DNA of 64,000 nucleotides from Armatimonadota bacterium (GCA_038207085.1 JBBRAE010000007.1:32001-96000); one strand, 5' to 3'. Shown: positions 47,837 through 57,294, numbered from the stretch's first letter. Numbers and translations: made by a program. The notes: generated by a model not told the origin, from the letters alone.

Positions 47837-49519
47837 ATGTCAAGAAGTCTGATCGAAAAAGCCCAGAAGCTCCTCACCAGAGAAACAGGCGCCATCATCA
47901 AGCCGCACGGTGGCCGAATCCGGTTTGCCCTGGCCTTTCCGGGCACGTACCGCGTCGGAATGTCGTCGCTTGGGCTCCAGATCATCTACGGGATACTAAA
48001 CGGCCTCCAAGGCGTGGTCTGCGAGCGCGCGTTTCTCCCTGATGCGCAGGACTCCAAGGAACTTGAACGTTCCCGCACCAGGCTCTTCAGCGTAGAGTCA
48101 CAGACCCCGCTCGATGATTTTGACGTGATCGCCTTCTCTGTATCTTTCGAGCTCGATTACACAAACATCGTTCGCATTCTCGACCTTGCCGGAATCCCCG
48201 CATTGTCGTCAGAGCGCGACCAGAGCTACCCACTGATCATCGCGGGCGGCCCCTGTCCGACGTTTAACCCCGAACCGCTCGCCGATATAATCGACGCGTT
48301 CGCAATCGGTGACGGCGAGGAGATAGCGACAGACATAGCCCGGGCAATAGAGGACTCGACCGGTGAAGACCGGGAAGCTCTCCTCGCTCGACTCGCCGCG
48401 ATCCCCGGCGTCTACGTCCCCAGGTTCTACACCCCGATCTACGCCGAAGACGGCACTATCACAGGCGTTACCGTAACCCCTCCCGCCCCAGAGAGAGTTA
48501 CCCGCCGCATCACCCGTGACCTCGACAGCCAGCCGAACCGCACTGTCGTTCTTTCGCCGGATGCGGAGTTCTCCGACATGACGCTTGTTGAGGCGATGCG
48601 CGGCTGTATGCGCCAGTGCAGGTTCTGTGCGGCGGGCTATATCGGCCTTCCTCCGCGCCCAAGAAAGATTTCAGACCTTCCCCATGACGCCCGCGTCGGA
48701 CTTGTCGGCTCCGCGGTCTTCGATCACCCCGAAGCGCTCGCAATTTGCCAGGGATTATCCGACGATGACCGGGAGTTCTCCGTTTCGTCGATCAGAATCG
48801 AGAGCCTATCAAGTGAGCTTGCGGCTATGATGATCCGAGCGGGCCAGCGCACCTTCACCATCGCTCCCGAAGCCGGGACCGAGCGCCTGCGCCGCATCAT
48901 CAACAAGTCTACAACCGACGACGAAGTGCTCGAAGCCGCACGCATCGCAATCGATGCCGGAGCCGCCCGACTCAAGCTCTACTTTATGGTAGGACTCCCC
49001 GGCGAGCTCGACGAAGACATCGAGGCCATCCCCGCGCTCGCCCGATCCATCGCCAGCCGTCACCCCGGAGTGCGCATTCTGCTTTCAGTGAGCTGCTACG
49101 TCCCCAAGCCCGCCACCCCGTTCCAGTGGTGCGGAATGGCCGACACCAAGGCGCTTTCAGCCAAGCTCGCGCGGGTAAAGAAGCTGCTGTCGGGTGAAAG
49201 AAAGATCGAGTTTTCAAGCGAAAGCGCGCGAGAAGCCCACATCCAGGGATGGCTCGCCCGTGGCGACCGCAGGCTGGGCGAAGTGATAGTAAAAGCCGCG
49301 CGCGGGGAGAGTTCCTACGCCCGCGCCGCCCAAGAGCTAGACATCGACACCTCGTTTTTCGCAAACCGGACCCGCAGGGAAGACGAAACCCTCCCCTGGG
49401 ACCACATCGACCTTGGAGTGAACCGCGAGTATCTTCGCAAGGAGTTCACCCGCGCCCTTGATGGTGCGCTGACCGTCCCGTGCCGGGTCGGGTCATGCGC
49501 CCGCTGCGGGGTCTGTTAG
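47837..49519 (+). CDS. Radical SAM protein (B12-binding-domain-like, uncharacterised family)
   Basis: GMSSLGLQIIY, RGCMRQCRFC, APEAGTERLR, PKPATPFQW, LPWDHI. Confidence 0.88.
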   Translation: MSRSLIEKAQKLLTRETGAIIKPHGGRIRFALAFPGTYRVGMSSLGLQIIYGILNGLQGVVCERAFLPDAQDSKELERSRTRLFSVESQTPLDDFDVIAFSVSFELDYTNIVRILDLAGIPALSSERDQSYPLIIAGGPCPTFNPEPLADIIDAFAIGDGEEIATDIARAIEDSTGEDREALLARLAAIPGVYVPRFYTPIYAEDGTITGVTVTPPAPERVTRRITRDLDSQPNRTVVLSPDAEFSDMTLVEAMRGCMRQCRFCAAGYIGLPPRPRKISDLPHDARVGLVGSAVFDHPEALAICQGLSDDDREFSVSSIRIESLSSELAAMMIRAGQRTFTIAPEAGTERLRRIINKSTTDDEVLEAARIAIDAGAARLKLYFMVGLPGELDEDIEAIPALARSIASRHPGVRILLSVSCYVPKPATPFQWCGMADTKALSAKLARVKKLLSGERKIEFSSESAREAHIQGWLARGDRRLGEVIVKAARGESSYARAAQELDIDTSFFANRTRREDETLPWDHIDLGVNREYLRKEFTRALDGALTVPCRVGSCARCGVC

Positions 49520-49531
49520 AAAGGCTTTGGG

Positions 49532-50359
49532 ATGGATCTAAAAAGCTGGTATAAGCTCAAAACCGGCAATACGACGATCTTAAAGGCGTGGAACCTCGAA
49601 CGCGCGGGCCTCGTTGCCCACTGCTTCAGCACTCGCGTCGGAGGGTCGAGCGAGAGCCCGTTTGACACGATGAACCTCGGACTGCACGTCGGCGACGATC
49701 CCGCCACGGTAGTCGAGAACCGCTGCCGGCTCGTCCAGGCCGCAAAGCTTGACCCTTTGGGTATCACTACTGCAGAGCAGGTGCACGGATGCAGTGTGGC
49801 GATCATCAGCGCTGCCGACGCCGGTCGAGGCGCAGCCGCCTGCGCCGAATCGATCCCCGCCGTCGACGCGCTGATCACAAACGTTCCCGGCCCCGTCCTT
49901 ACACTCTTCTTCGCCGACTGCGTCCCGGTCTACCTGCTCGACCCGGTCCACCGAGCAATCGGGCTCGCTCACGCAGGCTGGAAAGGCACCGCTCTCAAAG
50001 TCGCGGCAGAGACACTTCAAGCGATGACCAATCACTTCGGCACAAGCCCCACGGACTGCCTCGCCGCCATCGGCCCCGCAATAGGCAGGTGCTGCTACGA
50101 CGTTTCCGCAGACGTAGCCATAAGAGTGCGAGAAGCATCCGGTGACGACCGCGTGATCGCCCGGGCCAACCAGGACACCTGGAGGCTCGACCTCAAACTG
50201 GCGAACTGGGCGACGCTTCGGGCATCGGGAATCCCCGAAGAGAATATCGCCGTATCCCACCACTGCACCGCCTGCCACCCCCACGAGTTCTTCAGCTACC
50301 GACGCGACGGCAAAACAGGCAGAATGGCCGCCGTACTCAGCCTCCTGCCTATTCGTTAG
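49532..50359 (+). CDS. pgeF: PgeF/YfiH family protein
   Basis: STRVGG, NLGLHVGD, QVHG, ADCVP, HAGWKG, FFSYRR. Confidence 0.92.
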   Translation: MDLKSWYKLKTGNTTILKAWNLERAGLVAHCFSTRVGGSSESPFDTMNLGLHVGDDPATVVENRCRLVQAAKLDPLGITTAEQVHGCSVAIISAADAGRGAAACAESIPAVDALITNVPGPVLTLFFADCVPVYLLDPVHRAIGLAHAGWKGTALKVAAETLQAMTNHFGTSPTDCLAAIGPAIGRCCYDVSADVAIRVREASGDDRVIARANQDTWRLDLKLANWATLRASGIPEENIAVSHHCTACHPHEFFSYRRDGKTGRMAAVLSLLPIR

Positions 50360-50455
50360 CGTGCCGTGTGTTGGCAAGCGTTTATACGGGTAAGATAACC
50401 TCAGACGAGAGTATGAGAACTCTCTATATGCGACATTCACTGGGAGGTGACAGAA

Positions 50456-50740
50456 GTGAGTATATTAGCTTGGCTTATAGTGGGGCTTATAGCAGGTTTC
50501 CTTGCGCGGCTGGCGTTGCCCGGAAATGAACCTGGGCCTGGTGGGCTCTTAGGAGACCTGATTGCAGGTATAGTTGGTGCACTTGTGGGCGGCTGGATAT
50601 TTAGATCGCTCGGCATCGGCAACGTGACAGGAGTAAACATAGGAAGCATCATCGTTGCCTTCATCGGTGCGGTGATTTTCCTTCTGGTATGGCGAGCCAT
50701 AGCATCAAGAAGCGGAGGCTACGGCGCACGACCAATCTAA
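50456..50740 (+). CDS. GlsB/YeaQ/YmgE family membrane protein
   Basis: WLIVGLIAGFLA, GIVGALVGG, IVAFIGAVI. Confidence 0.9.
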   Translation: MSILAWLIVGLIAGFLARLALPGNEPGPGGLLGDLIAGIVGALVGGWIFRSLGIGNVTGVNIGSIIVAFIGAVIFLLVWRAIASRSGGYGARPI

Positions 50741-50754
50741 CTATTTTAACGATC

Positions 50755-50787
50755 GGTACCGTGGCCGAATATATCGGCCACGGTACC
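50755..50787. repeat. Perfect 14-bp-stem palindrome (terminator- or REP-like)
   Basis: GGTACCGTGGCCGA-ATATA-TCGGCCACGGTACC. Confidence 0.7.
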
Positions 50788-50863
50788 CCCATTTCAAAAC
50801 CAGTATTCACCCCAGCTAATAGAAACCACCTCATGCGGCATAATGATAATGTAAGACACACTA

Positions 50864-50950
50864 CAACGAAAAATGGCAAACCCGCCGAAAGACGGGGACG
50901 CAAAGCCAACGGGCCTACGGGAGATTCCTATGGTTGCCAGGCTGCCGAAA
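50864..50950 (+). ncRNA. c-di-GMP-I (GEMM-I) riboswitch aptamer
   Basis: GGCAAACCCGCC-GAAA-GACGGGGACGCAAAGCC...GGGCCTA...GCCAGGCTGCCGA; G at the position-20 equivalent argues for c-di-GMP rather than 3'3'-cGAMP. Confidence 0.92.
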
Positions 50951-51191
50951 GTAGACACACGCTTCTTCTTCAGGCGTCACCCAGGTGTACACAGGACGGT
51001 TGAAGAAGGCGCGGATCTAGCGGCAGTCTGGCAATTGCTATTTCTGGAGGATTTTCTCAAGATATATGCCCAACCGGGCTCAATAACTTAAGATGCTTTA
51101 CTAACCTCCGCTTCCATTCCCGCTTCCCGCTTCCCAACTCCCGTGGCCTGCAGGGCTTTGAATAGAGGTTCTGTAGGAAATATTCCCATCT

Positions 51192-51222
51192 TGGAGGGCG
51201 CTAGTCGCCCTCCTCTTTTTTT
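51192..51222 (+). terminator. Intrinsic terminator with plus-strand polarity
   Basis: GGAGGGCG-CTAGT-CGCCCTCC-TCTTTTTTT. Confidence 0.85.
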
Positions 51223-51229
51223 GTACCGA

Positions 51230-51721
51230 TTACGGACGCGAAGCGCCAAACGTGCGCACGTACATCACAATCGGCCACCGATGCTCCCGAGGCACCGTCT
51301 GCACCATCACCGGCTCGTGCCCCACCCCATAGAGCATAGAGTAGTAGAGCTGCCCATCGCTCAGCCCCTTTACTGAGTCAGAGGCAAGATTGGAGGGCTT
51401 AGGCACGTAGCTCTCACCGACCGGACCGTTGCCGTCGCCTTTTGAACCGTGGCACATCAGGCAGTAGTAGCCGTAGAATATTCGTCCGTTTTCGAGATTT
51501 TCAGGTGTTTGGGGCAGTGGGTTCGATGCAAGATTCGCCTGTTCGAGCGTAAATGCGACGACTCTACCATTTGTCGGCACCGTGCCGCCGGGCAGGTCGG
51601 GCATCTCCCTCTCATAGGGTTTGATCGACGGCTGGTCGTTCATATGCGGCCCACAGGACGCGCAGAAAAGTCCAACTACACAGCAGAGCGTAATTTTGAC
51701 GATTATTCTAACGTGGAGCAT
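51230..51721 (-). CDS. actE: Monoheme cytochrome c lipoprotein, ActE-like
   Basis: Lipobox-like CASC, MNDQPSIKPYE, PGGTVP, CLMCHG, RWPIVMYVR. Confidence 0.75.
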   Translation of the reverse strand: MLHVRIIVKITLCCVVGLFCASCGPHMNDQPSIKPYEREMPDLPGGTVPTNGRVVAFTLEQANLASNPLPQTPENLENGRIFYGYYCLMCHGSKGDGNGPVGESYVPKPSNLASDSVKGLSDGQLYYSMLYGVGHEPVMVQTVPREHRWPIVMYVRTFGASRP

Positions 51722-52001
51722 TCGCGCCTCCGCCCCTGAGCTTGGGAAGCTCGATCTGATTCGCCGAAACATCGGGGTCGACGGGCTCAATCGTCAGAAT
51801 CGACTGCCCCGGCACAAACGGCACAGTGCCATACTGCCAGTCTCGCCTCGCCTGCCGGTCTCCGATCAGCACGATGATCAGCACTATCCAAAACACCGTA
51901 AACGCGACCGTCAGCGCAGGCGAAAGCCACCCACCCACCCAGGTAGAGGGCCGCGTCAGATCCCGAGCTGTATCGTGGGATTCAGGTGGTCTCATGCTCA
52001 A
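51708..52001 (-). CDS. Small single-TM hypothetical protein in the cco operon
   Basis: One TM helix; overlaps both neighbours; SD present. Confidence 0.6.
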   Translation of the reverse strand: MSMRPPESHDTARDLTRPSTWVGGWLSPALTVAFTVFWIVLIIVLIGDRQARRDWQYGTVPFVPGQSILTIEPVDPDVSANQIELPKLRGGGANAPR

Positions 52002-52270
52002 TATGTGATCCCTCCCAACCAGATATATATAACGTAAAGCACAAGCGAAAGCGCGATGAATATGTAGAACGTTGTCATCACCGCAGGCACGCCGGGAATG
52101 ACCTCGTGCAGGTCTCCGGGCAGATCGATCTCCGCAAGCTCATCTTCCTCCCTGCGCGTGTGCATGAAATACAGGCCGATGATCCACCACAAAGCAATCG
52201 CAATCCCCGTGACAATCGCGACGACGGCTATAACGTTTACAAAGAGCGGGTTCAGTTCCATATCTTCCAC
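51998..52270 (-). CDS. Small 2-TM protein whose C-terminal part resembles the CcoP N-terminal anchor
   Basis: DLHEVIPGVPAVMTTFYIFIALSLVLYVIY; no heme motif. Confidence 0.6.
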   Translation of the reverse strand: MEDMELNPLFVNVIAVVAIVTGIAIALWWIIGLYFMHTRREEDELAEIDLPGDLHEVIPGVPAVMTTFYIFIALSLVLYVIYIWLGGITY

Positions 52271-52530
52271 CCACCTCCGGCGGCGACTCGCAGCATCAGA
52301 AAGACGAGCACCGCAAGCACAACAAATAGAAACACACTCGTGTATCTGTCGAAAACCCCGGGTCTCTGCCCTTCCCGATCATCATCCAGGGGTTTGGCTG
52401 CGTTAAGCGCGATATACCTCCCCCGGTCGAGGTTCGAGAACTGTCCCGCGCGCACCGCCCACACGAACCCCGCCGAAAACACCGTCACTCCAAATATCGC
52501 GTATAGCACCCACACCTCAAGGAAGCCCAT
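52252..52530 (-). CDS. ccoS: cbb3 oxidase maturation protein CcoS-like
   Basis: FVWAVRAGQFSNLD motif. Confidence 0.75.
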   Translation of the reverse strand: MGFLEVWVLYAIFGVTVFSAGFVWAVRAGQFSNLDRGRYIALNAAKPLDDDREGQRPGVFDRYTSVFLFVVLAVLVFLMLRVAAGGGWKIWN

Positions 52531-53539
52531 TTACGCCCCCCTGGTTCGCACCGACAGGCCCCGGAACAGGCTTCGGAGTCGTCGGTATATTATACATTCC
52601 CTCATAGGAAGGCGGAATCGCGGGCGACAGCAGAAGGTCGTCGCGATAGTTGATAAAGTTCACCATTACGTAGTTCCCGACGTCCCAAATCTTGGCCGAC
52701 TCAAGGTCTTTCTTAAAGTAAGGCATAGCCGAGCCAGTGACCCCGTTCATGATCTGATAGTAAAGTATCCCGCCGATGTATTTACCATCTATCAAATGGC
52801 GCTTGAGCGTAGTAAAGTTCACTGGCCGCGGCTCAAGATAGGGCCACGCCGGCCCCATACCGTCGCCGACCGGCCCGTGGCACCCCAGACAATACTCCTG
52901 ATATATATTCTCGCCTCGCGACACCGAAGCCTCGCTTGCAATGGTCTGAGATTGCATAATTCGCCACCCCTGAGGGATGCGCGAATGCAGCCACTTTATA
53001 TTCTCATCAAAGCCGCGACGATACGCCGCGAGCGCCTCTGTCTTCCACCTGTATTGCTCCACCATCCGCTCGTCCGCCCACGTCCCACCAAGGCTCTGAA
53101 CGTACGAGGTCATCGCCCTGATACCGGCATTGCCTTCATAGGCGAACCTCGGCATAAGCGACCTTGGCCGGGTCAACCTCGGGTTGACGAAGTGCGCGTA
53201 GTGCCAATCGTCGGAACGTTCGCCTCCGTCCTGCGAAAGGTCCGGCCCGGTGCGCTCACTTCCAAGCAGATGCGGACGCTGATCGTAGTAGTCCCCTGTT
53301 TGGGCGATACGCTCCGCGCCGAGTCCCCAGTCCTGAGACCTCACGTACTGCGAATGACAATAAGTGCAGCCGTTAGCGATATATAGCGCGCGTCCACGAA
53401 GCTCAAGCTTGGTTGAACGCCTCCAGATGTTCGATGGCCGGTCATTGATGGAATACATGGGCCAGAGCACGGTCATCACAGTCGCCGCAATGATCACGAG
53501 CATGCTCCCGATAATAATTATCGCATCACTCTTTCTCAC
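52517..53539 (-). CDS. ccoO: cbb3 oxidase subunit II fused to a second cytochrome c domain
   Basis: GCTYCHSQYVR, GSERTGPDL, SLMP; second domain CLGCHG...GSAMPYF. Confidence 0.88.
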   Translation of the reverse strand: MRKSDAIIIIGSMLVIIAATVMTVLWPMYSINDRPSNIWRRSTKLELRGRALYIANGCTYCHSQYVRSQDWGLGAERIAQTGDYYDQRPHLLGSERTGPDLSQDGGERSDDWHYAHFVNPRLTRPRSLMPRFAYEGNAGIRAMTSYVQSLGGTWADERMVEQYRWKTEALAAYRRGFDENIKWLHSRIPQGWRIMQSQTIASEASVSRGENIYQEYCLGCHGPVGDGMGPAWPYLEPRPVNFTTLKRHLIDGKYIGGILYYQIMNGVTGSAMPYFKKDLESAKIWDVGNYVMVNFINYRDDLLLSPAIPPSYEGMYNIPTTPKPVPGPVGANQGGVNGLP

Positions 53540-54903
53540 TCTTCGACCCGCTCTCCCTTGTAAAGCGTCATTATCACGTTAAAGAGGCCTATGACCGCGC
53601 CGGTGATGATAATCAGCCCCTCCATCAACCGAAGGGCCATATATGCCTTCATGGTCGGCAGCACCCGGTAGACTGTCTCGCCATTCAGCCAGTTCTGCCC
53701 CTGAATCAGCCCAGCGATAGTGAGCGTGACAAACATCCCGGTAAGCCCAAGAAGTATCAGCCAATACTGGATGTTCACCATCCGCTCGCTGTATATCCGT
53801 CGCCCCGTGACATACGGCAGCACGTAATAGAGCCCCGCAAGCGCGATAAATCCCGTAAACCCCAAAACGGCGATATGGGAGTGACCTATAACGAAGTTAT
53901 TAAAATGCGTCACCCTCTGCACCGATGCAAGCGACTGAAGCGGCCCCTGCACGCAGACGATCGCGTACCATATAGACCCCACAAGCATCAGCTTCCCGGC
54001 AGGAAGCACCAGGAGCCTACTGAATCGCCCGCGCGAGGTGTACCACCAGTTCACAAGCACCGTCGCGACCGGCAGCATCATCGCGTAGCTGTCGATCACC
54101 GACACGGTCTTGAGCCACGTCGGAATCGGCGCTTGAATCAGGTGATGGCCGCCGATGTGGGTGTAAAACGCAAGAAGCGTCCAGAACCCGATGATACCAA
54201 GAAGCTGGCTATAAAGCGGCGCACGCACGATCCTCGGGATCATATAGTAGCCAATCCCCACCGCAAGCGGCGTCACGAGCAGCCCAAAGACATTGTGCCC
54301 GTAGAACCAGAGAAATATCGCGTCGACAACCCCCGCCTCGCTTCCGGTCCCCGGACGCCACATCACGTTCCCGAGCACATACATAAACGAGGTCCAAAGC
54401 ACCGCGCCGACGAAATACCACGCCGAGACATAAAGCAGCGGCTCCCGCCTGCGAACAATCGTCATTACAAAATTGATGCTAAGCAGAACGAAGGCGATCA
54501 CGATCAACACGTCGACCGGCCAAATATATTCGGCGTACTCCCGACCCTGACTGTGCCCAAGTGCAAGCCCAACATCGCCGATGAGCACCGCCGCGTTCAT
54601 AAAGAGCGCCGCCAGGTTCCCCATAGGCTCACTAAAGAGCTTCGTCCCGAGCACCTTGGGCAAAATATAGATCGCCGACCCCAGCAGCATGATCACCACA
54701 AACCCAAAGAGCACAGTGTTGACGTGCACAGCCCTGATGCGACCGAACTCAAGCCAAGAGATATTGGCGAAGAAGTCCGGCGCAACAAGATGAATCGCGC
54801 TCCCAAGCCCGGAAATCGTCCCAACGACGAACCAAAACGCGCCGCTCACCAAAAACGCCGCCGCGCTGCTATTTTCTCTCTCCCAAAACCGCCTCACAGG
54901 CAC
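53536..54903 (-). CDS. ccoN: cbb3-type heme-copper oxidase subunit I
   Basis: RAVHVN, WFYGHN, FYTHIGGHHL, IGHSH: all six metal-ligand His present. Confidence 0.9.
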   Translation of the reverse strand: MPVRRFWERENSSAAAFLVSGAFWFVVGTISGLGSAIHLVAPDFFANISWLEFGRIRAVHVNTVLFGFVVIMLLGSAIYILPKVLGTKLFSEPMGNLAALFMNAAVLIGDVGLALGHSQGREYAEYIWPVDVLIVIAFVLLSINFVMTIVRRREPLLYVSAWYFVGAVLWTSFMYVLGNVMWRPGTGSEAGVVDAIFLWFYGHNVFGLLVTPLAVGIGYYMIPRIVRAPLYSQLLGIIGFWTLLAFYTHIGGHHLIQAPIPTWLKTVSVIDSYAMMLPVATVLVNWWYTSRGRFSRLLVLPAGKLMLVGSIWYAIVCVQGPLQSLASVQRVTHFNNFVIGHSHIAVLGFTGFIALAGLYYVLPYVTGRRIYSERMVNIQYWLILLGLTGMFVTLTIAGLIQGQNWLNGETVYRVLPTMKAYMALRLMEGLIIITGAVIGLFNVIMTLYKGERVEE

Positions 54904-54939
54904 CTCAACACACTTTCACATCCCACAATAACCGTTCCC

Positions 54940-54971
54940 ACGTAGGGGCGGACCAATGTGTCCGCCCTTTC
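54940..54971 (+). repeat. GTAG-type REP-like palindrome
   Basis: Identical to 15857-15888. Confidence 0.8.
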
Positions 54972-54987
54972 CCGGCGACGCTCAAAT

Positions 54988-55536
54988 CTACCAATGACAA
55001 GTATAACAACTAACCGAAAAGTTGTTCTTCCAATGACAGTCCACACAGAATCTCATGCTGAACTGCTTCACGGTGCGCACCCGATCCATCGCCTTGATGT
55101 TACCGTGGCACACACTGCAGTCGAACCGTTTCCCCCACGATGTCGCGTTGGTCAGGTGCGCCTGATGGCTAAAATGCACAAAGTCCGGCACCCGGTTCAC
55201 CCGCACCCACCTGATGGGTTTCTTGGTGTCATAACTCGCAAGCACATCCTTGATCGGCCTCCACTGCGAGGCTATTACCTTATGGCAGAGCACGCACTTC
55301 TCCACGGGAGGAATCGCCGCGTTCGACGACCGAAGCGCCGAGTTGTGACAGAAGAAGCAGCTCATCTGCTTCGTCCCCGCGTGGACCCTGTGACTGAACG
55401 GCACCGGCTGCGACGGCCCGTAATGGTTCGCCCTGCCAAGCACAATCGCCGACGCCGCGATGATCGCCAAGAGCACAATCGCAATCACGACCACGATCCG
55501 AATCACAAGCTGCCTGCGTGGAAGATGGACGATCAA
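54988..55536 (-). CDS. actA: Pentaheme cytochrome c, alternative complex III subunit A
   Basis: QPVPFSHRVH, 5 CxxCH, VPDFVHFSHQAH; N-terminal TM. Confidence 0.88.
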   Translation of the reverse strand: MIVHLPRRQLVIRIVVVIAIVLLAIIAASAIVLGRANHYGPSQPVPFSHRVHAGTKQMSCFFCHNSALRSSNAAIPPVEKCVLCHKVIASQWRPIKDVLASYDTKKPIRWVRVNRVPDFVHFSHQAHLTNATSWGKRFDCSVCHGNIKAMDRVRTVKQFSMRFCVDCHWKNNFSVSCYTCHW

Positions 55537-56735
55537 CTTATGACCTCCATCTTCTGACGCCCATGAAGCGCCTCATCAGCCGACGACACCGCCGGATACC
55601 GTGCCAAAAACGCCGTGACAGACAGAACAAACGCACCCAGGAAGAAAAGCACGCTAAACGCCGGTATGACACTTAGCGGCGAAACCGCAGATCCAACGAC
55701 CGAGGGAGCCACCAGCACATATCTCTCGGCTGCGACCCCAAAGATCACAATGCCAGCCGTGACAGAAAGCCACTTCGGCGAATGCTTGAGTTCGCGGCTC
55801 TGGAGCATGATGAACGGAATCGCGTAGCCTACAAAAAACGCCGGCCAACCCACATACGGCCACCCCCCTCTGTAGTATCGTTCGATGATAAAGAACGTCT
55901 CTTCGGGAATATTGCCATACCAGATCGTCAGATACTGAGCAAAGAAAAGCCCCATAGAAAAGAGCGAAAACCCAAGCATCAGGTTCCCCATATCGTTGAA
56001 ATGCTGAGGAGTGAGAAACCTCATCGCACCGAGTCGCGACCTGAGAAACGTCGCAAGTATCACAAGCCCCGCCATCCCCGCGTATATATTCGTGATCCAG
56101 ATGTAGGGCGCAAACATGGTGCTGTACCACTCAGGCGAAAGCGACATAATGAAGTCGTAGGCAACAATCGAGGACGCCACCACATAGGTAAACACGCACG
56201 CGGTCCCGATCGCCGTAAGCCTCCATTGCCCCCTGTCCGAGAGCTCCTCACCGCCCTGTTTTCGAGCGTCTGCAACGAGAGTCCAGCGCACAAGAAGCGC
56301 AAAGAGCACCCCGAGCGCACCAAGAAGCACAATGTCCCGAATCACCATAAACGGCAGATTGAGCCACGCCTCTTTGTCATGCGCAGGCTCATGTAGCCAA
56401 GTCACCCAGCTGTGAGCTCCGACCAAAAGCAGCATCATAACAAAGAAACATACCGGCCAGAAGAATATCACCGAGTGCCCGATCCGGTTGACCACCGGCG
56501 TCCACTTCGCCTGCGCCACCCGAAACACCGCCGACCACGCAAGCATCCCGCTTGAGACGCCCATAAACACCACAAACCAGACTACAAGCCAAACCCACGT
56601 ATCGACGGGCGCGACAAAGAACCCGACGACCGCCGCGACTATCCCCAAAACGACAGCCACAATCGCCGCGAGTTTCAGTCCTCCGGGCACGGTGAACCGC
56701 GACTCCATCTGATCTGGGCTGGCCTCAATACTCAT
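55533..56735 (-). CDS. actF: Alternative complex III membrane subunit F
   Basis: KEAWLNLPF, DFIMSLSPEWYSTMF, QYLTIWYGNIPEE. Confidence 0.88.
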   Translation of the reverse strand: MSIEASPDQMESRFTVPGGLKLAAIVAVVLGIVAAVVGFFVAPVDTWVWLVVWFVVFMGVSSGMLAWSAVFRVAQAKWTPVVNRIGHSVIFFWPVCFFVMMLLLVGAHSWVTWLHEPAHDKEAWLNLPFMVIRDIVLLGALGVLFALLVRWTLVADARKQGGEELSDRGQWRLTAIGTACVFTYVVASSIVAYDFIMSLSPEWYSTMFAPYIWITNIYAGMAGLVILATFLRSRLGAMRFLTPQHFNDMGNLMLGFSLFSMGLFFAQYLTIWYGNIPEETFFIIERYYRGGWPYVGWPAFFVGYAIPFIMLQSRELKHSPKWLSVTAGIVIFGVAAERYVLVAPSVVGSAVSPLSVIPAFSVLFFLGAFVLSVTAFLARYPAVSSADEALHGRQKMEVIS

Positions 56736-57294
56736 AGACTTCCACCGCTCCTGCGTTTCTAAGCAACTCCATAGTGCTTTCTACCTGCTCCGGCGCACAC
56801 GACGCTCCTACTCCAAACAAATCGCCGCTGAACCTCGGGTCATACTCAGGCATCGCCTGACGCCCGAATATCAGCCGCGCATAGTAAAGGGTCGCAACAA
56901 ACGCCGCAATCGCCCCCAGGAGTATCGTCCCTTCATAGGCGATGACCACATACGGCACGCGTGAGACCGGCGGCTTGCCGCCGACGATCAACTTATAGAT
57001 GTTCGACGTCGCAACCGCCATATAGAAGAACAGACAAAGCCCAGTGATCGCCCCAACGGTGGCTACCCCTCGAACCGGGCTCACGTTTCTCCCTGTTAGT
57101 ATCTCGACAACAGTCTCTTTAAAACTCCTGGGGATCATCCGAGCTGGCATCAGCGGCCCGAGTTCATCGAGATTCACCGGCCCATAGGCTTCATAGTCAG
57201 GAACCCCCGACACCTGAAGCGACCCGAGCGCCCGTTTGAACGCATCAAAGTCTTCGAACTTGCCGACCACTTTTCGAAGGACAACCGCCGTCAT
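56725..57294 (-). CDS. actD: Alternative complex III subunit D (DUF3341)
   Basis: IVGGKP, YEGTIL, YDPRFSGD, GAVEV. Confidence 0.85.
   Translation of the reverse strand: MTAVVLRKVVGKFEDFDAFKRALGSLQVSGVPDYEAYGPVNLDELGPLMPARMIPRSFKETVVEILTGRNVSPVRGVATVGAITGLCLFFYMAVATSNIYKLIVGGKPPVSRVPYVVIAYEGTILLGAIAAFVATLYYARLIFGRQAMPEYDPRFSGDLFGVGASCAPEQVESTMELLRNAGAVEVYEY

Noticed and set aside
50864..50950. 3'3'-cGAMP (GEMM-Ib) riboswitch, tempting given the nearby multiheme genes
   Set aside because: The discriminating position-20 equivalent is G (GGCAAA), which indicates c-di-GMP
50873..51091. 72-aa ORF MANPPKDGDAK
   Set aside because: It runs through the riboswitch aptamer and has no SD; most likely spurious
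53536..54903. Nitric oxide reductase or inactive CcoN
   Set aside because: WFYGHN, the helix VII Tyr, and the ccoO/ccoS/ccoI context support a cbb3 O2 reductase
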